Under the pieces are notes generated by a model that saw nothing but the letters and a program-made list of their open reading frames with translations, had not been told where the DNA came from and ran no database searches. Positions 53,554 to 64,000 of a DNA stretch of 64,000 nucleotides are shown in pieces (position 1 is the first letter of the stretch; each line of letters opens with the position of its first letter). Location: the NCBI RefSeq assembly GCF_018350175.1, contig NC_058368.1:105278001-105342000 (forward strand), read 5' to 3'. Both the position numbers and the translations under genes were made by a program. The DNA comes from Felis catus. Its lineage: Eukaryota.

Positions 53554-53722
53554 CCCTGCTTCTCTTTCTACCTTCTGTCTACACTATTCTCTCCTGGGAG
53601 GGCAGAGACAGAGGATATAGACTTAGTAACAGTGATGGCCTATGTAATGGCATCCTGTTGCATTTTTACCCCTTTATCACTGAAATTAGATGAACACATT
53701 ATTCCACCTATATTGCATTATT

Positions 53723-53760
53723 AAAAACAAAACAAAACAAAACAAAACAAAACAAAACAA
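53723..53760. repeat. (AAAAC)n microsatellite
   Basis: About seven perfect units. Confidence 0.95.
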
Positions 53761-54412
53761 GACAGGCACTTTTGACCAGTTTGCCTTTTGTAATGGCACT
53801 AAACTCCTTTCTTTATTATGCAAATTGGTGGAAAATAACTCTTCTGGAAAACAGAGGAACAACTAGAGCAAGAAATGATTGAAGAAGAGGTCAAAGAGAA
53901 AGGGGACAGGCACATATATCAGGGAGGGAGGCTCCTGATTACCTTCTCCATCCCTGAGCCTCACCAATGCCCAGCCTTCCCTATACTGCCCACTGTTCCT
54001 TTCCTTCCTGTCTTCTCACTGTCTATTACTTCCACTTCCTGTCTTTTCTTTCCTCTTCTGTAGGAACTCACCTCAACCCCTAAGAACGTATTCTCCCAGC
54101 CCAGATTTCCATGCATCCACCTTCAATGGTAACAGAGAAATGATCTGTATGCTAATGGTTGAAAGCCTCAACAGCCCTCACTCCCAAATAACAACTGTAC
54201 ATGTTAAACAGGACCATCTACGAGGAACCCATCTATGTGGGTTTTAGAAAGTGTTCCTCCAAAAGAAACTCTAGCCCAACACTAATCAACAGAAATATGA
54301 GAGCCACAAATGCCTGCCACATTTGATACTGGTATTTTAAATTCTCTAGTAGTCACATTTTTTAAAAAGTAAAAATAAATGAGTGAATATTGTTTTAAAA
54401 TATATTTTATTA

Positions 54413-54530
54413 GGGCACCTGCATAGCTCTGTCAGTTAAACATGTGACTCTTGATTTCAGGTGAGGTCATGATCCCAGGGTCATGGGATTGAACTCCACA
54501 TCAGGCTTCACATACTTAAGATTCATTCTC

Positions 54531-54572
<42 letters not shown>

Positions 54573-54630
54573 CCGTCTCTCGGCTCCTCTCCCCCACTTG
54601 TGCTCTTTCTCTCTCTGAAAAATAAGATAA
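54413..54630 (+). mobile_element. CanSINE (older) with (CT)n
   Basis: SINE head, CT repeat, A-rich tail. Confidence 0.9.
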
Positions 54631-54754
54631 AATTTATTTAACACAATATATCCCCCAAATATTATTGCTTTAATATATAGCCAATTTTTAAAATATAATG
54701 GGATATTTCACATTTCTTTCAAATTAAGTCTTCAAAATCAAGTGTGCATTTTAT

Positions 54755-54959
54755 TTTTTGTCATGTTTATTTTGTTTTTGAGAGAGAGACAGAGTGTGAG
54801 AGGGGATGGCAGAGAGAGAGAGGGAGAAACGGAATCTGAATCAGGATCCAGGCTCCAAGCTGTCAGCACAGAGCCCAATGTGGGGCTTGACCTATGAGTC
54901 GTGAGGTCATGACCTGAGCCAAAGTCAGATGCTTAACTGACTGAGCCACCCAGGATCCC
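54755..54959 (-). mobile_element. CanSINE
   Basis: Full-length SINE, reverse complement. Confidence 0.93.
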
Positions 54960-56100
54960 TTCAAATGTGTATTTTATACTTCCAGTACATCTCATTTCAT
55001 ATAGCCACATTTAATTGCTTAATGCCACATGTGGCTAGTGACTACTGTATCGGACAGCATAGCTCTGGTCAGATGAAACAAAAGGTGAGGCCCTGGTGTA
55101 ACGGCAGATGATGAAGGCCTCCTGCCAAATGGACTAACTCTCCTGGGCCTAAAAGCACAAGCCTATTGCAGAGGCAACAAACTAAATGCTCCTTTGAGAC
55201 AGGGAGATATTTTTCATTGCTTTTAGAGAAAGGTACATCAACTACCATCTCCGTCAATATTATGGTAAAAGTTCAAATATTCAGAACAAAAACATCTCCA
55301 TGGAATCTTGAAATGTAGTATATTGCTAATAACAATTTCTAAGAGCAGAAAACATCTCATCTTTCCTCTTATCTCTTTTGTGAGGCCAAAACTATCCTGC
55401 CCACTGTGTAATTCCATGCTCAAGCTTTTGTCTCATGATCATTTGGGAAAATTACAAAAAAAAAACCCTGCAAATTAGTTTTATTTGCTGAGAAGGGGGT
55501 GATTCCCCACCTACATGGAAAATCACAGCACAGGTGCCCTATCTTTAGCAGGTGTATAGGTATACAATAGTAGCAGGCATTTGTATCCTGGACTGGCAGT
55601 TATGTTGCCTTCGGGTGCAGCTGTGGGGTTGGTTTACACTGAGGACTGAGTAAATGCTGAACCTTTAATTATACTGATTAACTGTCAATACCATTAATTC
55701 ATACACAATTAGTTCAAGTATTCCTACAGTGATACCCAAGTCGTTGACATCCCTTTTATAGTTGATGTCTTCCCTCTATATAACTCAGAGAAATGATTTT
55801 ATGGTGGAAATCTCACTCTCTGGGCGAGAGTGGTAAGGAGGGTGGTCTTGCTTAAGTCTAATAGGATTTACCTGCTTCTTTGAGCAGGTAAATTTTGTGA
55901 TGGTCTACCAGAATTTTTTTTAAGGATTCCCTGCTATCAGCCACTAATATTTTATCTCTTTGTTGAAGCCTCTCTCTCTCCTTATTCAGGCTTTTATCCT
56001 TATCTGAAAGGTCAGAAATTATAAAGCATAAACTTTTATATACAGGGGATATTTGAGATTTTATGAAAGAAATGCTATAAACCCTTCAGACCTAAAGACA

Positions 56101-56130
56101 AAGAGAAAGAAAGAAAAAGAGAGAGAGAGA

Positions 56131-56183
<53 letters not shown>
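56101..56183. repeat. Purine tract / (GA)n microsatellite
   Basis: About 30 GA units with one interruption, preceded by GAAA units. Confidence 0.95.
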
Positions 56184-56189
<6 letters not shown>

Positions 56190-56739
56190 TCTCTATGGAA
56201 GATATTAGGCTAAAAATTTTCCTAAATCCCCTCAAATTATACCTCTGCCAACTTTAAAGCTGACTTGGGTTAAGTAACATGTCTTTTTTCATGACTTCCC
56301 CCAGAAGGGGCAATGACAACTTTTTTTTTCCTATTTGAGTTAAAATTCAATTTAAAGTCCATTTCTACTTGATTGTCACTCTTGTGAGATTCTTAGGCAA
56401 AAGGATACCATGAAACTTGGGATGCTGTTGTTTACAGATTTGATTTTCAAGGACACTTCATTCCCATGGTTAATTAAAAGTTAAATGTGTACAAAAAAGA
56501 GTTGGCAAAGACTGATTCTCCTCCCTCTCTAGAGGTTTCCAAGTTCTTTTTTCATGAGCACCCAGAATCTTTTCCCTCACCGGACCCGGATTCCATTCTC
56601 GGTCTATCTGACCAGATGACGCAACATCTGTGTTCCCTTTTAAGAACGTGAGAAATAAAGCTTTTCCATCTTCCCTGTCTTTGAGTTCTGGGAAATCCAA
56701 TTAAAACTGCTCAGATTTTGTTTTTCTTGTTTGCTTTAG

Positions 56740-57026
56740 AAGACAACCCTCGGGAAGAGTCCTGTGGTGGTCTCCCGCCTGTGGAAGAAGGTGATCAAAA
56801 AATTAACCTGATTATGGAGTTGTCGATGCAGGTTTCCCTTCAGACTGAAAAGATCACCCAGCTGGAAGAAGTTTTAGAGGAGAAGGAAAGGAAGATTCAG
56901 CAGCTGGAAGCCGAGCGGGGATCCCATCCTTTCCAAGAAGTTGAGGAGTCTCCAGAATGTTTACAAGAAGCCCCAATTTTCTTTAACAATAATGTCACCC
57001 CTGTGGTCTCTCATGAGGATACGTAA
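56740..57026 (+). CDS. CCDC192: Terminal coding exon of coiled-coil domain-containing protein 192 (partial CDS, phase-1 acceptor)
   Basis: Polypyrimidine tract and TAG acceptor (56716-56739). The frame reads (E)DNPREESCGGLPPVEEGDQKINLIMELSMQVSLQTEKITQLEEVLEEKERKIQQLEAERGSHPFQEV...SHEDT*, closely matching the human CCDC192 C-terminus as I recall it (...CGGLPPVEEGDRKISLIMELSTQVSLQTERITQLKEVLEEKERKIQQLEAE...). Heptad pattern present; stop at 57024-57026. I saw no upstream exons in the window. Confidence 0.88.
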
Positions 57027-57045
57027 GGATTCCCAATAAGAAAAT

Positions 57046-57075
57046 AATAAATGTTTATTAAGGGTCACGTGTGTG
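57046..57075 (+). terminator. Polyadenylation signal of the terminal exon
   Basis: AATAAA at 57046-57051, 20 nt after the stop, followed by GT-rich gtcacgtgtgtg. Confidence 0.7.
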
Positions 57076-60000
57076 AAGTCCAGAACCCAGCTAGTCTCGT
57101 CTTTGTCGAACTCAACTTCAAGATGATGGGTTTGAATGTATCCTATAATGTGCCTATTGGAAAACAAAGGGAACTTTTCAGAACCAATGCCTGAATGTTT
57201 CCCCTTCAGACATTAGCAGTCAGGTAACCCACATAGTTGTGGAATACTACATTTTTAGACATCCCAGATAACTGTAGGAGAGAGAGAAAAACACACAAGC
57301 AGACAGATGGCTAAAGAACATAGTTATCATTTTCTTACCAGAGGTTTGTCACACTGCAAGGTACCACCAATCCTGTATCTGTAAGTGGCTCATCGTGAAC
57401 AGAAAACTGTCATGGAAGGCAAGCTTGCAACTGGGAAACTGGGGAATGTTAGGGTAATGAAGAGTGGAATCATTGCCAAGAGAGTAAACAGCCATGAGGT
57501 CTGTTTTTTCATGTCCTCTAGAATATATTTCTTCATGGCATGTAATTTATTAACATTTAGCGAGAGTAGAAATGACATAAAATCAAAGCAATAAAAATAA
57601 ATAAAGAATGGATGAATCAGTACTGTGGTCCTTTGGGAAAATTGTCCTGGGACATCTCCTTGGGAAAAGAGACAACACTGATTTTTCCTGTTGGATCAAA
57701 ACTAAGACCAAAGCAAAATATACTGTTCTGTTATTATCATAACAAGGAGGTGTGGACAGTACAAAATCATGTCAGGAAAAATAGAGGATAGGCAAAGGAA
57801 AGCTACCCTATAATTAACGGGCTACAAGAAATCAAACCATATACCTCTTTTATGCAGCCCCCTCAAATAAACTTTCCCACACAAAGGGAGCAGCTAGGCA
57901 CTAACTTTGGGGAAGACTTTGGTACTTAATTCTTACTGTTTTGGAACTGTATGATTCAGACAAATAGCTCCAGCTCTCCCGTGAATCTGACTGTATCACT
58001 ATTTCTTGATTTAATTCAACCAGTTCAACAAATACTCCCTGAAGCCCTTCTATCTACAAGAGACAACAATAGATGTTAGAAATATCATAGCAAATATGAG
58101 AATCACCATCTTTATCATCCAAGAATTTATAGACACACAAGAGTCTCCTCAAATGTAAGGGAGTTATGAAATGGAAGAGGGAATGTGGGTGAACACAGAG
58201 TAAACCTGATTAGCACTGCTTTAGTAAAAGTCCTCAAATTTACTGAACATGAGTAATCACTAAAAATTCATATTCCCAGTCTTTGGTAATCCCGGAAGGA
58301 GATTTTTCCTTGCAAACCAGTGGGAGGAGTCTCTTACCAAATGCAACCAGCCCATAATCTAATTATGGATCTGACTATCAACAAAACAAAGATTCCAAAT
58401 GTGACTTCAAAAAAAGAAAAAAGGAAGTAATTGAGTTTGGGGCTCCTAATAGCTTTATGATATTGACTCTAGATGTTCACTGCAAAAAACAAAAAAACAA
58501 AAACAAAAACAAAAACCATAGATTCATACAAAGCTAGAATCTTCCTATATTTGTATGTAATCTCAGAGTTTCACATGCAAGGTCAGCAAGTATGTACAGG
58601 TGCACTCCATGATCAGAAATAAAAGCAATTTACAACTCCCAGATCATGAATACACACCTCCCCCAAAAAGTGACTCAAGGCACTTTTCCATGGTCCCAAA
58701 AGAACCTTTTCCAGAGAGTGTGCTTCAGCCCTTACCGAATTCATTTCAGAAATCCCTTTTCTCTGCTCCCTTCTCCTTTTCATCTCCTCCACCCCAAGAT
58801 CTCTTTGATCTATGTATCTGGCCCTGACTAGGTCTCTTTTTTCCAGCCTTGAGGTTTTGCCCATTGTTTTTTACAACATGGCTGACAGTTGGCAAGTCCT
58901 CACTGTGCATTTCTGTAAGAAAGCTTTAAACCTTTCAGTTTCTAAAGAGTGGACTGTCTCGAAGGTAAACCACTATCTCCATAATTTTGATCTGTTATCA
59001 TAATCAAGTTTCCGTCCCTTTATTTTACCAGAGATTGTCTTAATCCCAAGGGATATGGGGGGTGGGGTGGGGGTGTAACATAGAAGGAAAATATGGAAAG
59101 AGAGAAAAGAAAATCCCATCACATCCCAGATAGGCAGATATTAACGTCTAGGTAAATTTCCCATGGCTAATGCCCTGGCTAGCCATCAGTATGAAAGCAG
59201 ACTGATAGTGGAGATAAAATAATAGATGGAACTGGAACTTCTGTTAATAATCAATTGAGCCTGTCCCCTCTAAATATCTAAGACAAGTCAATGAAGAAGA
59301 AAGCATCAAGGCAAAACCATCCTTTCAAGAAGCTGATCTGGGTTACCTAGACTCAGATCCAGGGGATCTCCAAATCCGAAGTGGGGAGAAGATTCCACCC
59401 AAAGATGAAAAGACTAATCTCTACTAGTGACATCTTAGTAACAAGGATTCTTTAAATATCCAAATTTTATGGGGTGGTATGGGGATGGCTGGGGGAAGGG
59501 GTGTTTTAAGATGGGGTATTGCTGGCTTCTGATGCATTCCTAAGTAAAAAATTCATATTCCTAGCTGGATATTTATACCAGTGTATGCCCTCAGAGTTCA
59601 TTTCCATTTTCTGCCATTCCTCCAAAGAGCCAACCCCTGGTTCAGATGAACTAAATATCAGATTATACCCCTACACTGGAGCAAAGTCTATTTGCTTACA
59701 AACACGCTAAGTTGCTGAAATAGCCTGATAATCTTTCAAATATCTGGTGTAAATATCATGAGACAAGTAGCATGCTGAGGACTTTATTCCTTAATGGAAA
59801 TGTAATGAATCATCAGGTAACATACCTGCTTGAAAAAGTAATTTTCTAGATTTCAAAAAAATTAAAACATTTAACAAGTAACTCAAGCCATTCTCTAACA
59901 TTCTAAAGACATTCATGGAAATGTATGCATAGTTTTAGCTCTTTTTTCCACCAGTCATTAACTTTTCTCAGAGAGAAAGTACAACTGAATGTGTGGCATG

Positions 60001-61235
60001 TCTAATTTAAATAAATGTTGGCTTTCATAATTTAGTGTCATTATTATGTGGGTGTGCTCCCAAATACTTTCATGGCCAGCTGCAGTGACAGCAAAGGACT
60101 TGTTAAGGACTATCAAGAGGGCAAGCCATTGGAGAAACCAGCCCAGAAATGTGAAGGCGGGACCCTTGGATTCAATGAAGTTCAGCAAAAGCAAAGAAAC
60201 GATAATGCTTTCTGCCTAAATGTATTTCTGGCAAAGAATGAATTGAATCAAGTTTTCATTGTCTCCTACACTCTTCCCTGCTTATCCCCAAATCCAATCA
60301 TTTTCTTCTACATTACACTGAAGCAAAGAATTTTTGGTTTAATGCAGCAAGTAGAGAAGTGTTGATGAATGTTGCAGATTAAGTCAAATTAATATTTATT
60401 GGCAATTATCAAGTATAGGGATGCAGGGACAAAACTATCCCAAAAGATATAAGAAAACTATTTTTAAAGGACTTGGTAAATCAACTGCCTGAGATTGACT
60501 AAGTGTGACTCTTAAAATCTGAAAAAATTAGAGGGAAAAAAAGGGAAAAGGAAATTGTAAAGAGTAAATCTTTATGAACAATTTCCCCTGCTAGGACAAA
60601 AACATCTTTTATTAAGATTTCCCAGACACAAGAGACCTTTTTGCTTAACAGAGGAGAATCAAGTTCAAGTAGGAAATAACCTTTTTAAAATAAAAGCACT
60701 AGCACACTGGGATAAAGTTCACAGCCAAAGATAGGGCTGGCCATGACATTTTCCTTACCTAATGAAATGAGAACTTTTATGGTAAAACAAAACAAAACCA
60801 AAAACAGTTCTTATTCCCAGCTTCCCAAAGAAAATGAACATCTGGAGTCAGATCCTCTATACATTCCCAACATGAAGCTGCAGCAAAATGACACTTAATT
60901 GTCTGATCATTTTCACCTATAAGGTTTATATTCATTTGCTTTTTGTTTAACCAAGAAGGACCTTTGGGACTCAAATCCCAAAACACCCAATTCTTTATTC
61001 CTGGATGGGAAAATCACATGACATATTATCTAATAACTCCTAAATCCCTTTTCCTAAATGTCACAAATAAGTCTCGCCAAGAGTTTTTAGCTGGTATCAC
61101 CTTTTCCACAGTATGATGCTAGCATAGGCAAAGGATGATAGAATAGGAGAGGAAAGACTTATCCTAGCACTAACTCTTTGTCACATGGGGTGCAAACAAT
61201 GGTAACAGTGAGTTCTTGTTAAAAGAAAACAAGCT

Positions 61236-61492
61236 GGGGTGCCTGGGTAGTTGAGTTAGTTGAGTGTCAGACTCTTGATCTCATGGGATCAGCCCCTGGT
61301 GGGGCTCTGCACTGACAGTCCGGAGCCTGTCTGGGATTTTCTCTACCTCCCTCCCTCCCTCCCTCCTTCCCTCTCCCTCTCTCTCTCTCTCTCTCTGCCC
61401 CTCCTTTGCTCACTCACCCCTGAGTGTGCACATGTGCACACTCTCTCTCTCTCAAAATAAATAAACTTTAAAAAAAAGAAAGAAAAGGAAAA
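61236..61492 (+). mobile_element. CanSINE
   Basis: SINE head, (CCCT)n(CT)n, A-tail; flanks aa(c/a)aagctg. Confidence 0.9.
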
Positions 61493-62029
61493 AAAAAGCT
61501 GTTAACAAAAGTGTTGATCTTATAATAACAAGGTATGTCTTAACACCTAGCTGCTATTTAAATCAAATTGGTATGAAAGAAACCACAAACAGTGGAAGCC
61601 CTACTGTCTTGTTAGGGATCTGCATTCACTAGCCATCCATTATGTGTATAGGAATATACCTAACATTTACATTACAATTTATAGTTAAAGTATTTTCAAA
61701 AGGATGATTTTATTTAATCTTCATGAGGTAGGTTGTAGCTAAATAATCTCAAATTTACAACTAGGTGATGTCAGAACAAAGACCTGTGGCCCCCAGGACC
61801 GCAGAACTTTCCCAACACTCACCATCTCTGTGTAGTTACAGAAACAAACACATTCACCATCTATACCTCTTTCCCAGGTCAGTCTTCATTTCCATTTATA
61901 GGAAAAAGAATTTTCTACAGGTACCTTCTTTCTCAGGTTTATTCCACACAAAGAGTCAAAAAGCTGTCTGTATTCAACTGACCTACTTACTGGGTTTAGC
62001 CAGAACAGGGTTTTGAGTTTTGTTTGCTC

Positions 62030-62277
62030 ATTTCCTTTCCTTCTTTCTCTCCCTCCCCCTTCCTTCCTTCCTTTGTTTCTCTTTTTCTTTCTTCCTTTCT
62101 TTCTTTTTCTTTCTCTTTCTCTCTCTCTTCCTTCCTTCTTTCCTTCCTCCCTTCCATTTTTTTTTTTTTTAAATTAGGCTTCACACACAACATGGAGCCC
62201 AACGCAGGGCATGACATCAAGACCTGAGCTGAGATCAAGAGTCAGATGCTTAACTGACTGAGCCACCCAAGTGTCCC
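62030..62277 (-). mobile_element. Short-form CanSINE with an expanded GAAA/GGAA tail
   Basis: SINE, reverse complement, at 62160-62277, preceded by a ~140-bp almost pure pyrimidine tract. Confidence 0.85.
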
Positions 62278-62737
62278 TCTTTGTTTCTTTTAAAGTAAAT
62301 GCTTTTAAGAAGATGAGGCTGCCTTCTACAGATCCCCCTAGGCCTCACCATTTCCAGTTGTCACATACCTTAAGGCTGCTTAATATCTTTATCTTACCTA
62401 CCTGGCCTATAAGTAAATGGGTTTAGAATTCCTACCCAAACTACAGTGTGTATACCAGGTGAATTTTGTAATTTGTGGTTGCCACCAAAAATTACAGCAT
62501 CTTGGTCTTTTGATTTATAATCTAATATATACATTCAAAGTATTTTATAGCCCACTTTCAGTTTTAAGGCTTGTTCTCCTCTGCATAACAGAGACAACAC
62601 AACAAAGACCTAAAGAAAGTAACTAACCCAGAGTCCACTGCGTTTTCCTCATGAGGTCAAGACAGTTTCTGAATCTTTCTGTTTTGATGTGTGTGCTGTA
62701 TAGATAAAGGAAATACTGATGGTAAAAAGTCATCTTT

Positions 62738-62961
62738 GGGGCGCCTGGGTGGCACAGTCGGTTAAGCGTCCGACTTCAGCCAGGTCACGATCTCGCGGTC
62801 CGTGAGTTCGAGCCCCGCGTCAGGCTCTGGGCTGATGGCTTGGAGCCTGGAGCCTGCTTCCCATTCTGTGTCTCCCTCTCTCTCTGCCCCTCCCCCATTC
62901 ATGCTCTGTCTCTCTCTGTCCCAAAAATAAATAAAAAACGTTGAAAAAAAAATTAAAAAAA
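62738..62961 (+). mobile_element. Very young SINEC_Fc
   Basis: CpG-rich; perfect TSD aaaaagtcatctt at 62724-62736 and 62962-62974. Confidence 0.98.
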
Positions 62962-63063
62962 AAAAAGTCATCTTGTCCACACCACCAACACAATTAAGTA
63001 GGTAAATGATTATCAGAACTGAAATTTTCTAAAGGAAGGAATCCCACACATAGACAGTCTACT

Positions 63064-63271
63064 TGCTTTTTTTTCTTTAAAGTTTATTTCATTTTGAGAG
63101 AGCGACAGACAGACAGACAAAGAGAGAGAGGAAGAGAGAGAGAATCCTAAGCAGGTTCAGTGGTGTCAGTGTAGAGCCCAATGCAGGGCTCAAACTCACA
63201 AACTGTGAGATCATGACCTGAGCCGAAATCAAGAGGTGGACACTTAACCAACTGAGCCACCCAGGTGCCCC
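63064..63271 (-). mobile_element. CanSINE
   Basis: Perfect TSD tagacagtctact at 63051-63063 and 63272-63284. Confidence 0.96.
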
Positions 63272-63759
63272 TAGACAGTCTACTCTTTAAAACAACAAAA
63301 TTCTCCCTTCAACTCACTGGCATGGATTCTATTGTACATGGAGAAAGAAAGAAAATCAGTTCAGTGACATCTGCAAAGATTACTGGTTGTAGCCCTACCT
63401 GCTTTTGTCTCCTTCTTCGACAAAAAGGTAGGCTTTAGGTCTCCTCAGCACATTTAGCATATTTAGCAATTATGCCTTAAATTTATAAATCAAAGTAAAA
63501 AATTATGCTTCTGTTTATCCTGACAACCCTGTGAGTTATGGGTTTCTCATTTACAAGTGGGAAACACAACTCTAGACTTTAGAATTACAATCTTAGAGTC
63601 CACAACAGAAGTCAGCATGCCTAATACAGTTTCCCACCTTTGCTAGCAGGGCCAGTGAGTTCAGAATAGTTTTCGTATCTTTCAAGGATTGAACAACAAC
63701 AAAAAATCAAAGAGTAAGATTTGTGGAACAAAAATTCTATGATGTTCAATTTTTGCTGT

Positions 63760-63890
63760 CCATAAATTTTACTAGAAAACAGTCATGTTCATTCATTTAG
63801 ATATTGTTTTGGTTCTTTTTCTGCTATAGTGGCAAAGTTGAGTAGTTACGATAGAGACCTATGGCCAGCAAGCCTAAATATCTGAGACTT
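63760..63890. mobile_element. MER58A-like hAT fragment
   Basis: 'ggcaaagttgagtagttacgatagagacctatggcc...aagcctaaatat'. Confidence 0.7.
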
Positions 63891-64000
63891 TATAATAAAA
63901 ATAAGGTAAATTTAAATAAATACTCCAAGTCATATAGCTAGTAAGTTTCAGAACGAGGCTTGAGTCTGATTTTCTCACTCCAGTTGGAGTATTCTTTGTG

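Larger units (their letters stand above)
54275..55063. mobile_element. MER33-like hAT-Charlie element interrupted by two SINEs
   Basis: 'tttaaattctctagtagtcacatt' and terminus 'gccacatgtggctagtgactactgtatcggacagc'. Confidence 0.75.

Noticed and set aside
56718..56739. N-terminal 'MFFLFAL' of the ORF-track entry
   Set aside because: This is the intronic polypyrimidine tract read from a TTG, not a real start
12527..62800. tRNA-like A/B-box sequences
   Set aside because: These are the tRNA-derived heads of CanSINEs; no complete cloverleaf tRNA gene is evident
8834..62980. Recurring 60-80 aa ORFs ('MAQSVK..TSAQVMIS..GSVLTAQSLEP')
   Set aside because: They are translations of CanSINE copies, not genes
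1..64000. CRISPR array, operon or prokaryote-style novel system
   Set aside because: No regularly spaced repeat-spacer array or gene cluster; the content is ordinary mammalian intronic and intergenic DNA

Overview
Mammalian, almost certainly felid (cat-family), genomic DNA. The window has about 30 tRNA-derived CanSINEs (SINEC_Fc-type), felid L1 3' ends, and old L2, MIR, MLT1, MER and Tigger relics. The only supportable protein-coding feature is a terminal exon at 56740-57026 (+), whose translation matches my recollection of the C-terminus of human CCDC192 (a coiled-coil protein). It has an AG acceptor, a stop codon and an AATAAA 20 nt after the stop. Bases 1-56739 are therefore probably one large, repeat-rich final intron, and 57.1-64 kb is downstream sequence. 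Almost all other ORFs in the track are repeat-derived or chance ORFs. I found no novel multi-gene system. The notable items are smaller in scale: a palindromic two-strand polyA signal, a SINE fused directly to an L1, a local ~135-bp duplication, independent loss of the polyA hexamer in sense-oriented L1s, a 55-bp L1 insertion, an old twin-primed L1, and candidate intronic promoter/enhancer motifs. Repeat subfamily names and the gene call come from memory of consensus sequences, not from a search; boundaries of old repeats are approximate.
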